From: Candidatus Omnitrophota bacterium
Lineage (GTDB): Bacteria > Omnitrophota > Gorgyraeia > Zapsychrales > Zapsychraceae
DNA length: 64,000 bases
Assembly: GCA_029261055.1 (NCBI GenBank)
Contig: JAJDCA010000038.1
Location: 9,619 to 73,618, forward strand
Reading direction: 5' to 3'
Numbering within the stretch: position 1 is the first letter of the stretch; the number at the start of each line of letters is the position of its first letter. The notes under the pieces were generated by a model. The model did not search any database, had not been told where the DNA came from, and saw only the letters and a program-made list of their open reading frames with translations. Positions 56,387 through 64,000 of this stretch are shown in pieces. The translations under genes were made by a program, and so were the position numbers.

Positions 56387-56477
56387 CAAAAGACAAGAAG
56401 CAAAGATGTAAAGAAACAAGAGGCAAAGATTAACAGCTATTTTTTCTCTGCTTCTTGCTTCTTACTCCTCTACCTCT

Positions 56478-57080
56478 CTAACTAACAACCTCCACCTTCC
56501 GTCCTTTGGCCTTCAAACGGCCATCGACGAAAAGGGAGATGGCTTTAGGATAGATACGGTGTTCAATTTTGTGAATTTTTTCTTCGAGGGTTTCCAAAGT
56601 ATCTTTTTCGGACACTTTAATGGATTCCTGCATAATGATCGGGCCGTGATCCATTTTCTCATCGACAAAATGGATGGTAATGCCCGCCACCTTAGCGCCG
56701 TACGTAAACGTATCTTTAATGCCTCTCGCGCCTTTAAATGAAGGAAGTAATGATGGATGGATATTCAAAATTTTCTTAGGATATTTCTTAACAAAAAATG
56801 CAGATAAAATTTTCATGTACCCCGCTAACACGATAAAATCAATACCCGCTTCTTTCAAATGAATCACAATATCACGATCATAACTCTGCGGCGTCGCATA
56901 ATGACGGCGGTCTAAAAATAACGTCTTAATGCCTGCCGATTCAGCCCGCTGTAAAGCAAAAGCCTTGCGCCTATTAGAGAAAACAAGGGCTAACTCAGCC
57001 TTAATCTCCTCTTTCTCGACCGCCTCAATAATGGCTTGTAAATTTGACCCCTGTCCAGATACAAATACGGCAAATTTCAT
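56478..57080 (-). CDS. purN: Phosphoribosylglycinamide formyltransferase
   Basis: MKFAVFVSGQGSNLQAII, HPSLLPSF..G, and catalytic His/Asp context. Confidence 0.8.
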   Translation of the reverse strand: MKFAVFVSGQGSNLQAIIEAVEKEEIKAELALVFSNRRKAFALQRAESAGIKTLFLDRRHYATPQSYDRDIVIHLKEAGIDFIVLAGYMKILSAFFVKKYPKKILNIHPSLLPSFKGARGIKDTFTYGAKVAGITIHFVDEKMDHGPIIMQESIKVSEKDTLETLEEKIHKIEHRIYPKAISLFVDGRLKAKGRKVEVVS

Positions 57081-57099
57081 AAATCCTCCTCTTAGAACT

Positions 57100-58332
57100 T
57101 CAAGATAAGTATGCCATGTTTTTCTTCATAATGCCAATAAAACCTATAAGTCCGGTCACACTGCCGACTACCGTTAAGATCCAAAACGGCCCTACGATTT
57201 CAGAAAGCCAGGAGCTTAAAAACATCGTTATGAGAAAAGCAAAATGAATGACAATTTCAAGGGCGCTAAAAACCTGACCGCGTTTTTTCTCATCACTGAC
57301 AAGATGTACGACCGTATTAGAGGCGACAAAAATTGGGCTGATCACAAGCCCCCAGGCAAACGCAAGCCCCATGGCCATCGGCAAATTGGCATATTGATGC
57401 ACCATCAAGGCAAAAATAACCAAAACCACCCCTCCAGCCATCAGGCATGAAAACACCACCTTATGCCATTTTATTTTCGTTCCCCATTTGCTATACACCA
57501 CAACGCCGGCAAAAAGCCCTGCTACAAGAGAAATCGCTAAAACACCCAAATCTTTGGTTACACTATTAAACGTCTGCTGAATAAACACAACAATCACCAC
57601 ATAAACAGCCCCCGCCGACGCAAATAAAACAAAAAAGGCATTAATGACAAAACGAATTTCTTTATGTTGCCAAATGTAATGAAAACCCTCTTTCATTTCT
57701 ACCCAAACGGAAGTTTTTTTAATCGAACAAGCAGCATCATTATTTGACGATCGATGCCCACTAATATGAAACACAAACATAGCCGAAAGAAAAAAAGTGG
57801 CTGAATCAATAATAAAACCATTACGCGCCCCGTAATACTCCACTAAAAAAGCACCCAAGGCAGCGCCCAAACCCGCCGCAATCATACCCGTCGTTGTAAT
57901 TAAAGAATTGGCTTTGAGAAAATTCTCACTGTGGACTAAATCAGGAATAATGGACATCTTAGCAGGAACATGAAAACGGCAAAAACTAAAAACCAAAAAA
58001 ACAATGACATAAATCGGAATCATCGACTTGGGCGCCATAAAATAAAAAGGAATAAGAAGGACCAAAGAACCACGTATGACATCACTTACAAATAATATCG
58101 TCCGCCGGTCCCATCGGTCCACAAGTACTCCAGCAAACGGCTGAATAATAAATGTCGGCAGGATAGTACACGCCATCACCTTGGCTAATGCCATCGTTGA
58201 CCCTGGCGCAATTTTCGCGACTAATCCTATTAAAGCCAACTGATGAATACGATCACCAAACTGTGAGATTAACTGCGCTAGCCATAAACGAAGAAAATTA
58301 CGATTTTTAGAATGGAATAAAAGTTGCAGCAC
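57100..58332 (-). CDS. MFS transporter
   Basis: 12 TM helices. GVLVDRWDRR is an MFS signature-like motif. Confidence 0.7.
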   Translation of the reverse strand: MLQLLFHSKNRNFLRLWLAQLISQFGDRIHQLALIGLVAKIAPGSTMALAKVMACTILPTFIIQPFAGVLVDRWDRRTILFVSDVIRGSLVLLIPFYFMAPKSMIPIYVIVFLVFSFCRFHVPAKMSIIPDLVHSENFLKANSLITTTGMIAAGLGAALGAFLVEYYGARNGFIIDSATFFLSAMFVFHISGHRSSNNDAACSIKKTSVWVEMKEGFHYIWQHKEIRFVINAFFVLFASAGAVYVVIVVFIQQTFNSVTKDLGVLAISLVAGLFAGVVVYSKWGTKIKWHKVVFSCLMAGGVVLVIFALMVHQYANLPMAMGLAFAWGLVISPIFVASNTVVHLVSDEKKRGQVFSALEIVIHFAFLITMFLSSWLSEIVGPFWILTVVGSVTGLIGFIGIMKKNMAYLS

Positions 58333-58378
58333 AAGAAAATCGCCTTTGTCGATAACCTGAAGCGTATTTTTGGGGCCG

Positions 58379-58546
58379 ATAGGAAATTTTTACCTGCCTA
58401 CCGGCAGGCAGGTAATTTCCTATATGGTAAAAAATTTTGCCCCGTTAATAATACATCTACTAACGGGGCTATTTAATTTTCATTCTTTCTGACCACGGAT
58501 CACTCCCACCACAAGCCACGGCGAGCCCGCCATGATTTTTGGCGGG
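58379..58546. terminator. Cluster of three strong hairpins between two minus-strand genes
   Basis: ATAGGAAATTTTTACCTGCC..GGCAGGTAATTTCCTAT (58379-58423). GCCCCGTTA(13 nt)TAACGGGGC (58439-58469). CCCGCC(9 nt)GGCGGG (58526-58546). Confidence 0.5.
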
Positions 58547-58566
58547 GACCACTGATCATTGTAAAA

Positions 58567-59103
58567 TTACTTCCCTTCCCTCACCAATTTTTCAGCCTCA
58601 ATCCAATCAAATGAATCATCCCCATGCGTATACCCACGGTTAGCATAAAGTTCATACGCTTTCTCTTGTACTTTTTGCTGAAATGTTTCGGGCGTTAAGG
58701 CCTTCTTATTACTCGCTTTAATCGCTGTGGTTTGTTTTACCATACCACTAACAAAACTTTCTGCTTCGACCCAATTTGAAGTCGCATCTCCCTGATATCC
58801 ATGCTCTACATAAAGATCATAGGCTTTTTCTTGTGTTTTTTGATACATTTCTTCCGGTGTGAGCGATTTTTTAGTCTTCGACTTCGTTACTTGAGATTTT
58901 GTTATTTTTCTTTTTGCCGTTGCTGCCTTTGTTTTTCTAGATTTTACAGTCGCGGCCTTCTTCGGCTTTTCTTCTTCAATTTCTTCTTTATTAATTAATT
59001 TACGAATGTATGTCTTGGCTGAAGCCATTTTCTTTTTGCGAATACTACTAGCTGCTTTTGTTTTCTTAGTTCCAGTATTTGCTGCCATCTTTTTATCCTC
59101 CAA
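58567..59103 (-). CDS. Lys-rich protein with two DUF2934 repeats
   Basis: Two copies of (Q)EKAY(D/E)LY..(H/R)GY..GD...W.EAE. The N-terminus is highly basic (histone-like). Confidence 0.5.
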   Translation of the reverse strand: MEDKKMAANTGTKKTKAASSIRKKKMASAKTYIRKLINKEEIEEEKPKKAATVKSRKTKAATAKRKITKSQVTKSKTKKSLTPEEMYQKTQEKAYDLYVEHGYQGDATSNWVEAESFVSGMVKQTTAIKASNKKALTPETFQQKVQEKAYELYANRGYTHGDDSFDWIEAEKLVREGK

Positions 59104-59193
59104 TATTTTTACAAAAATTAAATATGTATTTATTTTTACTTACAAAAAGCCTATCACCATTGAAAATAATAATCAAGAAAATATTCGAAAGAA

Positions 59194-60696
59194 TTACCGC
59201 CCATGGGCTTGTGTCATTTTTGATAATTTTTGACTTAACTTAAAATTCAGAACCTTTTCATCACATCGCCATCGCCAATTCCCTTTGGCCCGACCCGGAC
59301 GATTCATTCGTGCCTCCCCACCCAATCCTAAAATATCCTGTATCGGCATAATTACCCAATCAGCTACCGAGGCCATTGTTAAGTTTATAAACTCCCAATG
59401 AATTTGATCTTCTAATATTTCTTTATCTAAACATTGTTGCAAATATTTTTTCTCCGATTGATGCGCATCTTTATCCCACCACCCTTTGACCGTATTATTA
59501 TCATGTGTCCCTGTATAAATAATACAATTTTTGGAATGATTGGCTATCCAATGGGGATTATGCTGCGGATCATCTCCAAAGGCAAACATTAATACACGCA
59601 TACCTGGAAAATTAAAACGATGGATAATATCTCTTACATCATCCGTAATAATCCCCAAATCTTCTGCAATAATCGGAAACTTCTTAAAACGCCCTTGCAT
59701 CGTTGTAAGAAAATCTTCTGCCGGTGCTTTTACCCACTTCCCGTTTATAGCTGTTTTTTCTTTCGCTTCAATTTCCCAATAATCGACAAATCCACGAAAA
59801 TGATCTAATCGAATACAATCAAACTTCTGAAAATGATGTTCAAGGCGCTTCCCCCACCATTCATACCTTTCTTTTTTCAAAACATCCCATCGATAAATCG
59901 GATTTCCCCAACGTTGCCCTGTCTTGCTAAAATAATCCGGCGGCACACCGGCGACAACCGTTGGATTTTTATCGGCATCTAACTTAAATAGATGTGTATT
60001 CGCCCACACGTCGACACTATCATAATTGACATAAATTGGACAATCGCCAATAAATTTAATAGCTTTGTGATGACAATATTTCCTCAAGGCGTTCCATTGT
60101 TGCGAAAACAAATATTGAAAAAATTTCTCCCGCTGCATAGGTTCTTTTAAAGAAATTTTCCATTTTTCCAAATGCCCCTTTTTTCTATCCTTTAAATCTT
60201 CCGGCCATTGATTCCAGCTAACCTCATTAAAATGAGCCTTTAAAGAAACAAAAAAACTATGATCATCAAGCCAATCATTTTCTCGATGACAAAATGCCTG
60301 AAATTTTTTATCTGCACTTATTTTTTCTTTGTGTGTTTTATAAACATAATTAAGTATTCTGTATTTCCATCGTGAAATTACTGAATAATCAATTTTATTC
60401 ACAGATAATTCTGGAAAAAGATGCACATCGGATTTTTTCAGAAATCCTTCTTTAATAAGAATTTCCGGACTGATCAAAAGCGGATTACCTGCAAAAGCTG
60501 AATAACTACTGTAAGGAGAATTACCTAAATGTGTACTGGTGGGTGTCAACGGCAAAATCTGCCACAGATGTTGACCGGATGCTTCCAAAAAATCTGCAAA
60601 CCGATAGGCCCCCGGCCCAAGATCCCCAATACCGTACTTGGAAGGTAAAGATGTAATATGCAGGAGTATGCCACTCGTCCGTTTCATCATTCTCAA
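59194..60696 (-). CDS. malQ: 4-alpha-glucanotransferase (amylomaltase, GH77)
   Basis: SGILLHITSLPS..GIGDLG and the conserved catalytic region DHFRGF. Confidence 0.8.
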   Translation of the reverse strand: MRMMKRTSGILLHITSLPSKYGIGDLGPGAYRFADFLEASGQHLWQILPLTPTSTHLGNSPYSSYSAFAGNPLLISPEILIKEGFLKKSDVHLFPELSVNKIDYSVISRWKYRILNYVYKTHKEKISADKKFQAFCHRENDWLDDHSFFVSLKAHFNEVSWNQWPEDLKDRKKGHLEKWKISLKEPMQREKFFQYLFSQQWNALRKYCHHKAIKFIGDCPIYVNYDSVDVWANTHLFKLDADKNPTVVAGVPPDYFSKTGQRWGNPIYRWDVLKKERYEWWGKRLEHHFQKFDCIRLDHFRGFVDYWEIEAKEKTAINGKWVKAPAEDFLTTMQGRFKKFPIIAEDLGIITDDVRDIIHRFNFPGMRVLMFAFGDDPQHNPHWIANHSKNCIIYTGTHDNNTVKGWWDKDAHQSEKKYLQQCLDKEILEDQIHWEFINLTMASVADWVIMPIQDILGLGGEARMNRPGRAKGNWRWRCDEKVLNFKLSQKLSKMTQAHGR

Positions 60697-63119
60697 TACC
60701 CCTTCACGCCAAGAAATTCACCTAAACGCTCAAAAACTTCAACCCATTCTTTGGCTGATTTATTGCCCCCATCGGCTAGCTGCAATTTCTTTTTATAAAA
60801 ATGATGCCCAATACCAAAATAACCATTTTGCACCTTCCATAAATCAAGATCAAGGGCCAATGGTTTAATAATCCTCAAAAAAGTCTCCAAAGAAATTAAA
60901 AAAACCACATCATGGGGGTCTCTAAGAAAATCGCGCATAAATAAATTGCATTTCTGTGTAACAGAAAATCCAAGTTTTCTTTTATCCAAAGAAAAACCCC
61001 AAAGTTCGATTTCTTCCACCATATGCAAAAGATTATCGCAATTAATTTCCTTACCATCCATACACTGCAATAAATTCTTATGCATGGCATTTTGTAAAAT
61101 ATTTTCAACAGCTTTTGGCAAAGAAATATGCAAATCACGTCTGGCTAATAAATAAGGATAATACTCTTCATAAATTCGTCGATCATTTTGTTCGACACGC
61201 TGTAAAACAGGTTCTAACAATAAATCAAAAATTTTCTTCTGCTCATGGCGAAATAAATGCCATAAAGAATAATTATGTGTTCCAAAATGTTGATCAATAA
61301 AACGTAATACTTCAGAAATATCGTTCTTGAAAAAAGCATCCTTAATTTCGTTTTGCATCACCTTGAAGGTTTTATCATCCATATCCGTACACACGCCGCC
61401 ATTAAGATTATGATCCCCTAAATGCACGACGGCAAAACTGACAATTTCTTCTTCTAAAGTCACTTCTGAACGAATGCGTGTTTTTCCGATTAAAAGCCTT
61501 TGTTTGCCAGATTTTTGTCTGTCAAAAACTTCACTCTTGACGGAATAACAGTAAATTTGGGTTTCTTGAGGATATTCATCAAAAAGAGAGGCGGCCGCAT
61601 AATGAGCCCCGACGCGTGAAAAATCAAGCATGGTTGGCTTAACCTGTTGGTTGTAAATAATGGCCGCATTCTTCAACTTTGCATGACACCCATGCGCTTT
61701 TTTTATTTTACTTATAAATTTTTTTTCTAATTCAAGACCAAAGAGTTGTTGAGCTAATTGGATGACACGTGCTGCATATTGAATAATTTGTGTTGTTTCG
61801 ATTCTGGCTACATCTTCAAAAAACCAACCGCAACTTGTGTACATCAACATCGCATGACGCTGCATTTCAAGAAGCTTAATAACTTTAACTCTATCGTCCT
61901 TCGTCACTGTTGATCGAATATGTGTTGACAAAAATTTCTCAACATTCTTATCGCGCTTACTTAAAACTACATCAATGTATTGATTACGTATGTGCCATGG
62001 ATCTTCAGCAAACACTTTCATCTCATTTTCGTAAAGTGGACTGATCGTATCTCTCAGCCAATCCAAGGCTTCCCGTAAAGGAGCGCGCCATTTTTGATTT
62101 GATTTTGAATCGGCTTCCCCCCCACAACCGCAATCAGCTTTCCACCGCTCTACACCATGGGCACAGCTCCAGGAAGTATTTTCATTAATTTCCGCTTCAT
62201 AAGCCGGTGGAAATTTCTCAAGATACTCTCCATAAATCGTGATCTTAGCTAGATTTTTTGATTCAACATGATGCAGACAATAGGCTAAGGCCATATCTCC
62301 GAAGCGATAATGATGCCCGTACGTCTCCCCGTCGGTTGCAATATGAACTAACCTTTCTTCCTCATGCTCCTCAGGAAAATGCTTCATCAACTTACTGGCA
62401 AATTTCTCACCACTTTTTAAAAGATCCGAAAAAGAAATTTCTTGAGATAAAGGACCGTCATAAATAAACAAATTAATGTCTTTTCCCGAAGGCAACCGGC
62501 AAACATAAGCTCTTTGTCCATTGACATGCCCATGATGAACGTCTCTCCACTGCTCCTCACCCATTTTTCGAATACGCTGCACTTGATGAGGCGCCAAAAT
62601 AGTGTATTTTATTCCTTCTTCTGCGAGAATTTCTAATGTCGGGATATCCACACCCGTTTCGGGAAGCCACATCCCCTCAGGTTTCCGTTTAAACCGAAAT
62701 TCAAAATCTTTAATCCCCCATATCACCTGTGTCCGTTTATCTTTTTCATTGGCCAAAGGCATAATCATATGGTTGTAGGCCTGGGCAATTGCCGCGCCAT
62801 GCCCCGAAAACTGTTTTTGACTTTCCTTATCGGCGTCTAAAATACTATGATAAAAATTTGGTGCATGTTTTTGCATCCATGAAAGCAAGGTAGGCCCAAA
62901 ATTAAAATTAATCTTGGCGTAATTGTTAACAATTTGCACAATACGATTTTCGGCATTTAAAATACGGCTGGCTGTGTTGGGTCCATAACATTCGGCTGTT
63001 ATCCGTGCGTTCCAATCATGATGCGGATAAGCCGAATCTTGCTCCTCAACTTCCTCCAACCAGGGATTCTCCCGAGGAGGCTGATAAAAATGGCCATGGA
63101 TACAGATGTAACGATTCAT
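60693..63119 (-). CDS. Glycoside hydrolase family 57 protein with a C-terminal DUF3536-like extension
   Basis: N-terminal ICIHGHFYQPPRENPW and the catalytic region TDGETYGHH, which are GH57 hallmarks. The 808-aa length matches the GH57+DUF3536 architecture. It overlaps malQ by 4 nt. Confidence 0.75.
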   Translation of the reverse strand: MNRYICIHGHFYQPPRENPWLEEVEEQDSAYPHHDWNARITAECYGPNTASRILNAENRIVQIVNNYAKINFNFGPTLLSWMQKHAPNFYHSILDADKESQKQFSGHGAAIAQAYNHMIMPLANEKDKRTQVIWGIKDFEFRFKRKPEGMWLPETGVDIPTLEILAEEGIKYTILAPHQVQRIRKMGEEQWRDVHHGHVNGQRAYVCRLPSGKDINLFIYDGPLSQEISFSDLLKSGEKFASKLMKHFPEEHEEERLVHIATDGETYGHHYRFGDMALAYCLHHVESKNLAKITIYGEYLEKFPPAYEAEINENTSWSCAHGVERWKADCGCGGEADSKSNQKWRAPLREALDWLRDTISPLYENEMKVFAEDPWHIRNQYIDVVLSKRDKNVEKFLSTHIRSTVTKDDRVKVIKLLEMQRHAMLMYTSCGWFFEDVARIETTQIIQYAARVIQLAQQLFGLELEKKFISKIKKAHGCHAKLKNAAIIYNQQVKPTMLDFSRVGAHYAAASLFDEYPQETQIYCYSVKSEVFDRQKSGKQRLLIGKTRIRSEVTLEEEIVSFAVVHLGDHNLNGGVCTDMDDKTFKVMQNEIKDAFFKNDISEVLRFIDQHFGTHNYSLWHLFRHEQKKIFDLLLEPVLQRVEQNDRRIYEEYYPYLLARRDLHISLPKAVENILQNAMHKNLLQCMDGKEINCDNLLHMVEEIELWGFSLDKRKLGFSVTQKCNLFMRDFLRDPHDVVFLISLETFLRIIKPLALDLDLWKVQNGYFGIGHHFYKKKLQLADGGNKSAKEWVEVFERLGEFLGVKGY

Positions 63120-63122
63120 TAA

Positions 63123-63989
63123 TTATGCCCTTGGATGTGCTTTATCATAAACTTTCTTTAAGCGATCTGTTGTCACATGCGTGTAAATCTGTGTCGTCGA
63201 AAGATTCACATGCCCCAACAGTTCTTGAACACTACGTAAATCGGCGCCCCGATTTAATAAATGCGTCGCAAACGAATGACGAACGACATGCGGTGAAATT
63301 TTTTTATTAAGACTTGCTGCTAAAATATGTTTATTCACAATATTACGAATACTCCGATCAGACAAGCGTTGTCCACTTTTATTTAAAAATAAAACCTCTG
63401 ATCTTTCTTTACGACGTGTTAAATAATCTCTTACCGCCTTCACAGCTGGCTCCCCTATCGGAACTAGCCGCTCCTTTTTTCCTTTTCCGGCAACCTTAGC
63501 AAGATTACTAATTAAATCGACATGATTCACGTCCAAGCCAACGAGCTCACTGACACGAATACCAGCACTATAAAGTATTTCCAAAATTGCTTTATCCCGT
63601 TTATCCATAATTTTTTCTGAAGAAGGGGCATCAATAAACTGAATCATTTCTTTTTCTGTAAGAAATTTTGGCAAAGGCTTATCTAATTTAGGAGATAATA
63701 ATAAAATAGCTGGGTTATTTTGAATTAAACTCTCCCGATGTAAGAATCTAAAAAAACTTCGTAATGAAGAAAGTTTCCTGGCAAGAGTCCGTGGCTTGTG
63801 CTGTTTTGTTCTCAAATGTGCAAGATAGCGTCTTAAAACCAAATAATCGACTCGGTCAAGAGACATTTGTGTTTCCCCAATAAATTGGAGAAAATCTTCT
63901 AAATCAAGTTTGTAATTAATAATGGTATGTTTTGAGTAATTTTTCTCAACATCTAAATAAGCAATAAATTTATCAAGATACCGATTCAT
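63123..63989 (-). CDS. xerC: Tyrosine site-specific recombinase XerC/XerD family
   Basis: The C-terminal catalytic R..HxxR..Y context (HVVRHSFATHLLNRGADLRSVQELLGHVNLSTTQIYTHV). The N-terminal core-binding domain is present. Confidence 0.75.
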   Translation of the reverse strand: MNRYLDKFIAYLDVEKNYSKHTIINYKLDLEDFLQFIGETQMSLDRVDYLVLRRYLAHLRTKQHKPRTLARKLSSLRSFFRFLHRESLIQNNPAILLLSPKLDKPLPKFLTEKEMIQFIDAPSSEKIMDKRDKAILEILYSAGIRVSELVGLDVNHVDLISNLAKVAGKGKKERLVPIGEPAVKAVRDYLTRRKERSEVLFLNKSGQRLSDRSIRNIVNKHILAASLNKKISPHVVRHSFATHLLNRGADLRSVQELLGHVNLSTTQIYTHVTTDRLKKVYDKAHPRA

Positions 63990-64000
63990 TTTCCTCTTTG

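Noticed and set aside
1-64000. CRISPR arrays, rRNA genes and additional tRNA genes.
   Set aside because: I saw no regularly spaced direct repeats with unique spacers, no rRNA-like conserved blocks, and no further cloverleaf-capable sequences apart from the tRNA-fMet and its two 3' fragments.

Overview
This 64-kb window is AT-rich bacterial chromosome. It is probably proteobacterial, judging by SlyX, PpnP/YaiE, YciH, split MnmC/MnmD, TopB and XerC-like genes, but that is inference from gene content only. Housekeeping genes include eno, ftsB, purN, topB, malQ, a GH57 glucan enzyme, a YciH/SUI1 factor, split mnmC, ppnP and cvfB. Accessory content includes an HME-type RND efflux operon, a napGH-like ferredoxin pair, a DASS-transporter/cNMP-domain histidine kinase/response-regulator operon, several toxin-antitoxin modules (VapBC, RelE/ParE plus AbrB-like, HigA-like remnants), and many regulators and methyltransferases.

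Three things stand out.

1. A 2304-aa secreted giant protein (23122..30036, minus strand). Its ~330-aa N-terminal domain is paralogous to a 680-aa secreted protein at 1074..3116. That domain is compositionally GC-richer than the rest of the gene, which suggests a mosaic. The protein also carries an internal duplication and a degenerate receiver-like domain.

2. An initiator tRNA-fMet gene (50777..51080, minus strand) interrupted in its anticodon loop by a 227-nt group I intron. The intron shows a 5' exon ending in U, a terminal G before the 3' exon, and conserved R/S-like core motifs.

3. Two degenerate copies of the tRNA-fMet 3' half (42470..42511 and 50107..50143) in the same orientation downstream of the intact gene. 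They delimit about 0.6-kb and 7.6-kb segments of accessory genes. That is the classic footprint of tandem tRNA-targeted island integrations, although no integrase remains.

Several GC-rich, highly palindromic non-coding elements (11877..12093, 17399..17611, 241..380, 757..845) look like MITEs or structured RNAs and are not explained by the coding features. No CRISPR arrays and no rRNA genes were seen.
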